The notes under the pieces: generated by a model | What the model saw: the letters and a program-made list of their open reading frames with translations, nothing else | What the model was told of the DNA's origin: nothing | The model's database searches: none | Translations under genes and position numbers: made by a program | NCBI GenBank assembly: GCA_021792255.1 | Contig: JAJYUZ010000002.1 | Location: 1-64,000, forward strand | DNA length: 64,000 nucleotides | Direction: 5' to 3' | From: Thermoplasmata archaeon | GTDB lineage: Archaea; Thermoplasmatota; Thermoplasmata; Thermoplasmatales; GCA-001856825 | Shown: positions 56,897 through 64,000 of the stretch, piece after piece | How the letters are laid out: the number at the start of each line of letters is the position of its first letter | Position numbering within the stretch: position 1 is the stretch's first letter

Positions 56897-58105
56897 ATGA
56901 AAGAAAACAGGAAAAACGAAAGGAAGGCAAATATCGCAGTTGTGGTATCTTTCGTGCTTATTTTGATTGCAACTTCCTCAGTTTTTTTTCTATTTTCTGA
57001 TGGCATCTATGAGTCAAGTTCGTCAACCAAGCCGGACATCCCTCCTTCAGCAACCAACGAATATGCACCAAGTTTGGTGGCATACGATTCCCTCAATGGA
57101 AATTTGTACGTCGTTAATTATCTAGGTAACAGCGTCTCAGTAATTAATGGCAGGACGAACGAGCTGATAACCAATATACCAGTGGGTTCATACCCTCAGG
57201 GGATTGCGTTTGACAGTTTGAACGGATGCGTATATGTCTCGAACGGAAACTCAAATTACGTTTCCGTGATAAATGGAACTTCAAATAAAGTTACAGACAA
57301 TATATCAGTTGAAGGAGAGCCATGGAGCATCGCATATGACCCTTCCGATAACTGCGTGTACCTGCTCGCGGGACGCGTCGTTGTAATTAACGGTTTATTG
57401 AACGAGGTAATCGGTAACATTACAGTGGGGACGGAACCCTCTGCCATAGCGTTTGACAGTCTGAACGAACGTCTCTACGTCGTTAATTACATCTCAGACA
57501 ACGTCACAGTAATCAACGGCAACAATAATAATGTCCTTGGGTCGGTTCAATTAGGTCCTCCATTTAATAAGTCGAATCCAGGAGGACCGGTAAGCGTAGT
57601 GGCCGACACTTCGAACGGTCTTGTCTATGCAGTCGTGAACACCCATTATGTTTATGCGATTAACGCTACAACCGATGAAGTAGTAGGAAACATCTCAATT
57701 GGATCATACTTACAGGGTATTTCATACGATCCTTCCAACGGATACCTATATGTTGTCAGTGAGAGTTTTCCTGGAAAAGTATCGGTGATAAACGGTTCCA
57801 ATAATAAAGTGATCGATAATATTACTGTTGGAAATGGCCCGGTTGGAGTAGCGTACGACGGTTCAAATGGTCAAATTTATGTGGCAGATCAGCAGGATAA
57901 CGCTGTTACTGTAATAAATGGGAAAACGGATACAGTTGCAGTGACGGTATCTGTAAATCCTGGTTGGATAGGGAATATTAACAACATCTCCATTTACTTG
58001 AACATAATTATATCCACTTACTGGATTTACACGTTATTAGTTGTCTCTGTAATAATTGCAATCGCTATATTTGCTGGTGTGTTGACTTTGAGGTCGAAGA
58101 GATGA
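56897..58105 (+). CDS. YncE/YVTN beta-propeller surface protein with N- and C-terminal TMs
   Basis: About 7 repeats of P..[IV]A[YF]D..NG.[LV]YV.N..S..VSVING..N.V...I.VG; hydrophobic segments at both ends. Confidence 0.88.
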   Translation: MKENRKNERKANIAVVVSFVLILIATSSVFFLFSDGIYESSSSTKPDIPPSATNEYAPSLVAYDSLNGNLYVVNYLGNSVSVINGRTNELITNIPVGSYPQGIAFDSLNGCVYVSNGNSNYVSVINGTSNKVTDNISVEGEPWSIAYDPSDNCVYLLAGRVVVINGLLNEVIGNITVGTEPSAIAFDSLNERLYVVNYISDNVTVINGNNNNVLGSVQLGPPFNKSNPGGPVSVVADTSNGLVYAVVNTHYVYAINATTDEVVGNISIGSYLQGISYDPSNGYLYVVSESFPGKVSVINGSNNKVIDNITVGNGPVGVAYDGSNGQIYVADQQDNAVTVINGKTDTVAVTVSVNPGWIGNINNISIYLNIIISTYWIYTLLVVSVIIAIAIFAGVLTLRSKR

Positions 58106-58146
58106 AGGGCGGATTCAAAAACATTTGGGCGACGATAGTGGAGTCA

Positions 58147-58221
58147 CGGGCGCAAGGGGATTTGAACCCCTGACCTACGGCTTAGGAGGCCGTTGCCCTA
58201 TCCATACTAGGCCATGCGCCC
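58147..58221 (-). tRNA. tRNA-Arg(CCT)
   Basis: Reverse complement GGGCGCA...TGCGCCC-G, anticodon arm ACGGC-CTCCTAA-GCCGT, T arm GGGGTTCAAATCCCC. Confidence 0.95.
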
Positions 58222-58311
58222 CGTATGCTCCGTATATTTTTCATGCTTTAATCCTTGCTTAGTGACTGAAAGGTTTTTGCACTGTTCAAGCATTAAGTGA
58301 CGTGATCTAAA

Positions 58312-59283
58312 ATGTCTTTACCAAAAGTATCAGTTATAGGGGCTGGACAGGTCGGAGCGATGGTGGCAGAACACATAGCAATCAAGGAACTCGCAGACGT
58401 TTATCTTTTTGATGTTGTTGATGGGGTTGCGAAGGGAAAAAGCCTCGACATAATGGAAGGGATGCCGCACTGGAAATCTGACTCATTCCTGGAAGGATTT
58501 ACAGTTGGACAGAATGGCGAAAACTATGAGAATCTAAAGGGTTCTGAAATAGTAGTTATGACAGCAGGCTTAGCACGAAAGCCAGGCATGAGTAGGGATG
58601 ATTTGCTCTACAAAAACGTCGACATTATCAAGAGCGCTGCAGAGAACATAAAGAAATATTCGCCCGAGTCCACGGTCATAGTAGTCACGAACCCGATGGA
58701 CATAATGACGTATGCCGCCTATAGAGTCTTAAATCCAAAGAGAAACAAGATAATGGGAATGGGAGGGACTCTGGACAGCGGAAGATTTAGAACATTCATC
58801 GCGAAGGAATTGAGAGTTTCAGTGGAGGACGTCACAGCATTCGTTGTGGGAGGCCACGGAGATGATATGGTTCCATTCGTCAGATACTGCTCTGTCGGAG
58901 GTATCCCGCTTACCGAACTTATGTCGAAGGAAAAGATAGACCAGATAGTGACGAGGACCAGAGGAGGAGGCGGTGAGATAGTTTCTTACCTCAAGACTGG
59001 TTCTGCTTATTATGCGCCTGGAATATCGGTGACCGTAATGGTCGAATCGATACTTAAAGACAAGAAGAGAGTTATAACTGCACCAGCATTGCTGGATGGA
59101 GAACTAGGGCAATACTATGGAGCTACAGGATTATTCGTTGGCGTACCAATCAAGATTGGAGGAAATGGCGTTGAAGAGATTTACAAGATGAACTTTGATG
59201 AGGAAGAGAGGAGACTCTGGAATACCTCTGTGAGCCACGTACACGAAAGCGTCCAGAAAGTAAATACGTACCTACGCTGGTAA
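58312..59283 (+). CDS. mdh: Malate dehydrogenase (LDH-like)
   Basis: GAGQVG, TAGLARKPGMSRDDL, VTNPMD, LDSGR, GGHGD and GSAYYAP motifs. Confidence 0.95.
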   Translation: MSLPKVSVIGAGQVGAMVAEHIAIKELADVYLFDVVDGVAKGKSLDIMEGMPHWKSDSFLEGFTVGQNGENYENLKGSEIVVMTAGLARKPGMSRDDLLYKNVDIIKSAAENIKKYSPESTVIVVTNPMDIMTYAAYRVLNPKRNKIMGMGGTLDSGRFRTFIAKELRVSVEDVTAFVVGGHGDDMVPFVRYCSVGGIPLTELMSKEKIDQIVTRTRGGGGEIVSYLKTGSAYYAPGISVTVMVESILKDKKRVITAPALLDGELGQYYGATGLFVGVPIKIGGNGVEEIYKMNFDEEERRLWNTSVSHVHESVQKVNTYLRW

Positions 59284-59664
59284 CTTTATTTTACTTTCCC
59301 TCACTTTATTTGTAAAAGACTTCATTTTGTCCGCCAAGTCTTCGTCAATAAAGTGCTCAAAAAAGCAAGCTCTCTCTCGGGCAGTCTCTTCATCACATCC
59401 CATCATTTTCAACAGGTCATAAATGGAACTCTCTTTTTTGCTGAGATTGTCTAGCAATTTCTTTCCCTTGTCGGAAAGGGTCATTCCCCTATATTTCTGA
59501 TAGTTTATAAGTCCGTCATCAGACAACTTACTCAACATCTGGGATACCGATGCAGGAGTCACTTTCAAGAACTCAGCTATTTCAAGAGGTCGTGCATATC
59601 CCTGTTCTTTTATGAAATGATCGATGGATTCGAGATATTTTTCCCTATCCTCGTTCGTTTTCAC
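59272..59664 (-). CDS. DtxR/MntR family metal-dependent regulator
   Basis: EKYLESI, EIAEFLKVTPASVSQML.KL, YQKYRG..L...G and AC..EH motifs. Confidence 0.9.
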   Translation of the reverse strand: MKTNEDREKYLESIDHFIKEQGYARPLEIAEFLKVTPASVSQMLSKLSDDGLINYQKYRGMTLSDKGKKLLDNLSKKESSIYDLLKMMGCDEETARERACFFEHFIDEDLADKMKSFTNKVRESKIKLPA

Positions 59665-59942
59665 TCACCTAAATATTTTAGGGAGTATTACCCTTTTTCG
59701 CATAAATTCAAATACCTCGTCAACAGATTTTCGGACTGTTTAGAGGGCTGGATAAAATAAATTTAATATTATTTTTCAACGAAGCATTCCATAATTGACT
59801 GTGGATCGACTTCCTGAAAGGAGAGGACCTATTATATTTATTTCGTAAATTTAAAAGAATTTTGGCTCGACTTATTGTGTATGATATATTTAAGAAGCTA
59901 GGTTGACAAAAAATTGAATAAGACGGATGATGATTTGGGAAG

Positions 59943-60767
59943 GTGCAAGGTTCCGCGCGATCGGAAAATTTAGAAGAAATAGCAAAAGAAGTTAGGAAAT
60001 CCATTGTCAAGATGACTTTTGAAGCGAAGAGCGGACATCCGGGTGGGTCTCTAAGTGCAACAGAAATACTGACCTATCTATATTTCAGGGAATTGAACAT
60101 TGATCCTGCGAATCCCAACTGGCCGGACAGGGACAGATTTGTTCTTTCAAAGGGTCACTCCACTCCCGTGCTATACTCGATACTTGCAATGAGAGGTTTC
60201 TTCGATCCGAACCTTCTCCACGGATTCAGGAAAATCAATTCACTGCTTCAGGGGCACGTTGTGAATCACATTCCAGGAGTCGACATTACAGCTGGCTCCT
60301 TGGGCCAAGGCCTAAGCAATGCAGTCGGGCTCGCTCTTGCTGCCAAGATAGACAAGAAGAGTTACAGAGTATTCACACTCATAGGGGATGGAGAATCAGA
60401 CGAAGGAAGCATATGGGAGGCTGCTTTATCAGCGGCCCATCTAAAGCTCTCAAATCTTATCGTTTTTCTCGACAGGAATATGATCCAGTTAGATGGCTTC
60501 ACAGAGGAAATTCTGACTTTAGGGGATCTTGAAGGCAAATTCAGATCTTTTGGCTGGGCTGCGATAACCATCGATGGCCACTCGTTTGCCGAAATAAGAA
60601 GAGCCATAGAATGGGCCAAGAATGAGGAAGGCCCCAAGATGATCATAGCCAGAACGATAAAGGGAAAGGGTGTCAAATTCATGGAGAACAATCCCGAGTA
60701 CCACGGCAAACCCGTTCCAAACGAGGAAAAGCTGAACGAGGCTCTCAAGGACATAGAGGGGATGTAA
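59943..60767 (+). CDS. Transketolase, N-terminal subunit
   Basis: SGHPGGSLS, DRDRFVLSKGH, GSLGQGLS, TPP motif GDGE...N, and TIKGKG. Confidence 0.95.
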   Translation: MQGSARSENLEEIAKEVRKSIVKMTFEAKSGHPGGSLSATEILTYLYFRELNIDPANPNWPDRDRFVLSKGHSTPVLYSILAMRGFFDPNLLHGFRKINSLLQGHVVNHIPGVDITAGSLGQGLSNAVGLALAAKIDKKSYRVFTLIGDGESDEGSIWEAALSAAHLKLSNLIVFLDRNMIQLDGFTEEILTLGDLEGKFRSFGWAAITIDGHSFAEIRRAIEWAKNEEGPKMIIARTIKGKGVKFMENNPEYHGKPVPNEEKLNEALKDIEGM

Positions 60768-60770
60768 TCA

Positions 60771-61751
60771 ATGATGATGTCAAACGAGCTCAACTGGCTA
60801 CCCGATTTAATTAACAAACTCGACAAGAAGAGTGTAAGAGAAGCATACGGAAATACTCTCGTGTCGGTGGGTGCGGACAAGTCGGTTGTAGTTCTAGACG
60901 CTGATTTATCTACTTCAACCCATACATCAATGTTCCAGAAAAAGTACCCTGAAAGATTCTTCAATGTGGGAATTTCCGAGAACAACATGATGGGGGTTGC
61001 ATCTGGTCTCTCTTGGACCGGGAAGAAAGTTTTTGTATCTTCTTTTGCAATCTTCGCTACTGGAAGGGCGTACGATTTTGTTAGGCAGAGCGTGTGCTAT
61101 GCAGATAGCGATGTCAGGATAGTCGCGACTCACGCTGGATTGACAGTAGGTGAAGACGGTGCCACCCATCAAATGCTAGAAGACATTGGATTGATGACGG
61201 GCCTCCCAAGGATGAGAGTATTCGTACCCGCGGACGCTCTGGAGACGGAGGAGATAGTAAGATATGTCTATGAAAACAGGGGACCTTTTTATGTCAGGCT
61301 CTCGAGAGAAAAGGTACCCGTTGTTCACGATTCTGAGTCTTTCAGGTTTGGCAGAGCAGAAACGATAACTGACGGAGATGATTTGACTATCATAGCGACC
61401 GGCATCCTCGTTTCGGCGGCGAAAATTGCGACATCTTATCTGAAACAGAAAGGAATTTCAGCGAGGGTGTTGAACATGGCTACGATAAAGCCTATCGACA
61501 GTGATTCAATTTTAAAGGCGGCTAGGGAAACTGGTCGAATACTTACCGCGGAAGAGCACAGCATATACAACGGACTTGGTAGCAGAGTGAGTGAAGTGGT
61601 CACGGAGAGTTATCCCGTACTGGTAAGACGGCTGGGAGTGAACGACACGTTCGGCGAGTCGGGGAAATCGTGGGAATTGATGGACAAGTATGGTCTGAAT
61701 CCGATGGGAATTGTAAATAAAGTGGAAGAGATGATGAAGGTGACTGTATGA
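60771..61751 (+). CDS. Transketolase, C-terminal subunit
   Basis: LDADL, FFNVGISE, GEDGATHQ, TIKPID and EEHS..NGLG motifs. Confidence 0.95.
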   Translation: MMMSNELNWLPDLINKLDKKSVREAYGNTLVSVGADKSVVVLDADLSTSTHTSMFQKKYPERFFNVGISENNMMGVASGLSWTGKKVFVSSFAIFATGRAYDFVRQSVCYADSDVRIVATHAGLTVGEDGATHQMLEDIGLMTGLPRMRVFVPADALETEEIVRYVYENRGPFYVRLSREKVPVVHDSESFRFGRAETITDGDDLTIIATGILVSAAKIATSYLKQKGISARVLNMATIKPIDSDSILKAARETGRILTAEEHSIYNGLGSRVSEVVTESYPVLVRRLGVNDTFGESGKSWELMDKYGLNPMGIVNKVEEMMKVTV

Positions 61752-62416
61752 AATTCTTTCTAGATACTGCAAACATTGCAGAAATTGAAGAGGGTGTCTC
61801 TTGGGGGTGCGTAGACGGTATTACAACGAATCCAACGCTAATTTCGAAAGAACTGGTAGGGAATACTAATTTCAAGACCCTTGTCAAACGCATACTGGAC
61901 ATAGTTGATGGACCCCTTTCACTGGAAGTCACATCCACGTCTTCGGACGCAATGGTGGAAGAGGCAAAGAGACTTAAGAAACTTGGAGACAACGTCGTCG
62001 TAAAGATCCCAACGACGGTCGAGGGGCTCAAGGCACTCAAAGTATTGAAGGCACGAAATATTGATACGAATGCCACCCTGGTTTTTTCCGTCAATCAAGC
62101 CATAATGGTCGCAAAAGCAGGAGCAACTTACGCTTCCCCGTTTGTCGGCAGACTTGATGATATCAGCGAGGACGGAATGTCCCTGATAGAAGACATCAGA
62201 GATGTATACGACAACTACAATATCGAAACCAAAATCATCGTGGCTTCGGTCAGGCATCCTATACATGTCAGAGATGCAGCCCTTATTGGAGCCGACATCG
62301 CAACAATGCCTTTTGAGGTCTTCAAAAAACTAATAAATCATCCCAAAACTGATGAAGGACTCAAGCGATTCTTAGCCGACTGGCAAAAGATTGACAAGAG
62401 CAAACTGGTATTTTGA
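61748..62416 (+). CDS. tal: Transaldolase / fructose-6-phosphate aldolase family
   Basis: FFLDTAN, GITTNPT, VVKIP, NATL, SPFVGRLDD and ASVR motifs. Confidence 0.93.
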   Translation: MKFFLDTANIAEIEEGVSWGCVDGITTNPTLISKELVGNTNFKTLVKRILDIVDGPLSLEVTSTSSDAMVEEAKRLKKLGDNVVVKIPTTVEGLKALKVLKARNIDTNATLVFSVNQAIMVAKAGATYASPFVGRLDDISEDGMSLIEDIRDVYDNYNIETKIIVASVRHPIHVRDAALIGADIATMPFEVFKKLINHPKTDEGLKRFLADWQKIDKSKLVF

Positions 62417-63219
62417 TGGGCAAGGTCATTGCAATAGCGAGCCCGCCAGATCTGGACGCAGTGGCTTCCGTCTACCTGCTTAAGAGAGCAGTAAAAGATG
62501 AAGTGGAGGTGAAATACCTCGACCATAGCGTAATCGAAATGTCCGATGCAGATTACATTCTGGATTCACCTCATGGGAGGGCGAGGATCAAGCGGTTCGA
62601 TCATCACGACACTAAAGAATGGACGTGCTCGGCCATGAAAGTCGTACAGTACTTCAACATGGGGGGAGCCGAAAAGAGGCTCGCCGAAGCCGTTTGCTGG
62701 CAGGACAATGCCGGTTGGAGATCTCTTGGAAGAGACGGAACAGACAACCTTCTCGATACGGCTCTCAAGAGTATGATGGTAGCAGGATTTAGGTCTGAAG
62801 AATTTGACGAGATTTTCAAGACGATTTTTGACTCGCTGATAACCAAGTTCGAAGAGGACAGTAAGGTAATAACTCAAATTGAAAAAAACATAATCTTCCG
62901 AAGCGAGGAAAACGAGGTGCTGACGGTAAAAGGCGATTTTCCAAAAGATGTCATATTTCAGGAATTCTCGCCGAAGTTCTTGGTGAAGGTATCGAAGTGG
63001 GGCATCTCCGTAACTAGAACGGCAAAATTGGAGTTGCCAGATCTCAACGACTTCAAGGATAAGGTAAAAAAGATCGATAGCAAGGGAATAGGCAAATGGT
63101 TTTTTCACCCTCTGGGCTTCTATCTCGGTTATTCCACAGATCCGGACAAGAACGAAAAGGTTCCAGTAGACCCCATTGTTTTCTCAAAGGAACTCCTTTC
63201 ATTCGTGACAAAAAAGTGA
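62416..63219 (+). CDS. Uncharacterised DHH-superfamily (MYG1-like) protein
   Basis: PDLDAVAS, ILD, FDHHD and QD motifs in DHH order; TGATG overlap with tal. Confidence 0.55.
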   Translation: MGKVIAIASPPDLDAVASVYLLKRAVKDEVEVKYLDHSVIEMSDADYILDSPHGRARIKRFDHHDTKEWTCSAMKVVQYFNMGGAEKRLAEAVCWQDNAGWRSLGRDGTDNLLDTALKSMMVAGFRSEEFDEIFKTIFDSLITKFEEDSKVITQIEKNIIFRSEENEVLTVKGDFPKDVIFQEFSPKFLVKVSKWGISVTRTAKLELPDLNDFKDKVKKIDSKGIGKWFFHPLGFYLGYSTDPDKNEKVPVDPIVFSKELLSFVTKK

Positions 63220-63507
63220 CACGTAAGAAGGGAGTCTCAGAAAACCGCGACTTATGCCATTATGACAGTAATATTGTAAGAAGCGTAGTCATTCTAATCT
63301 GTCTTCCCTTACTTTATCGCACTTGTCGTGTGACCGGGCATTTCTCAGTATTACTACTCAGTACGACAATTAAGGAGAGTGGAAATTGCTCAATTTAATT
63401 GAACGGCTCTGAACGGTCCGTCCCTATATCATTTTACTAAGTCTTTCAGAGTTATTTTTGTGCGCAAAATGAAGAAAAGTTTGATAAGAAATGAACACTA
63501 CACCGCC

Positions 63508-64000
63508 ATGCAAAAATTCAAGGACGTACAGTCTGAGACTCCAGAGAGCAACTACAGGCTGGACAGGGTAGGTCTTACCGGTGTAGTTAGACCAATAACG
63601 GTGCAGAGGAAGAGGAAGACCATAACTCTCATACCAACGTTCAGGGTCTTTGTCGATCTTCCGCCATCGAGGAAGGGCAGCGATCTGTCAAGAGATATAG
63701 AAGCCGTGGAAGATGTCGTTGAAGGTGAAGTAGAAGGAAGGACCAAGGGGATAGAATATGTGGCCGAGTTGATAGTGGAAAAGCTACTGACCAGACATCC
63801 CTATGCAACATCAGCTGAGGCAGATCTAACTGCAGATTATTTCCTAGAAAGAATGAATCCTAAGGGAAGAAAAACGACTGAAAAATACCTGATAAAGGGG
63901 AAAGCCATCAAGAAGGACGGAGAAAGAACAAAAAGGTACATAGGAGCTACGGCAACAGGGATAACGGTGTGTCCTTCGGCAATGAAGACAGTCTCTGCTC
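63508..64000 (+). CDS. mptA: GTP cyclohydrolase MptA (FolE2 family), partial, runs off the window
   Basis: Hand translation: MQKFKDVQ...LDRVGLTGV...VFVDLPPSRKGSDLSR...LLTRHPYA...GITVCPSA. Not in the ORF track because it has no stop in the window. Confidence 0.85.
   Translation, partial: MQKFKDVQSETPESNYRLDRVGLTGVVRPITVQRKRKTITLIPTFRVFVDLPPSRKGSDLSRDIEAVEDVVEGEVEGRTKGIEYVAELIVEKLLTRHPYATSAEADLTADYFLERMNPKGRKTTEKYLIKGKAIKKDGERTKRYIGATATGITVCPSAMKTVSA

Noticed and set aside
9219-63746. Many antisense or alternate-frame ORFs in the track (e.g. 9219-9755, 18633-19136, 60362-60988, 62566-63108, 63552-63746)
   Set aside because: They are shadows of well-supported genes and have no motifs of their own.

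Overview
Archaeal chromosomal segment, most likely from a member of Thermoplasmata. Supporting markers are a stand-alone 23S rRNA gene, a Trm56-HD fusion, a CoaD-YjjX fusion, a Q/K-type discriminating AspRS and a split transketolase plus transaldolase; unlike Thermoplasma, Ferroplasma and Picrophilus, it also encodes topoisomerase VI. Most of the window is housekeeping and metabolic genes, with tRNA-Phe(GAA), tRNA-Arg(CCT) and a well-formed box C/D sRNA. The main finding is a compact five-gene type IV secretion-like operon at 2068-7636 on the minus strand: a VirB2-like pilin, a VirB6-like membrane protein, a small 2-TM protein, a VirB4-like ATPase and a soluble VirD4/HerA-like ATPase. It has no relaxase, integrase or att site in the window, runs straight into the GINS gene, and sits back-to-back with the topo VI operon. 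This makes it a candidate domesticated DNA-transfer system analogous to crenarchaeal Ced/Ted. Other points of note are an identical 24-bp palindromic operator in front of two distant ABC exporter operons (probable PadR regulon), a RecJ/GAN-like gene that appears to need a non-canonical start codon, a bactofilin-like gene, and an HTH-STAND-TPR (NLR-like) regulator among secreted-protein genes next to tRNA-Arg. All family calls come from reading motifs by eye; no database searches were run.
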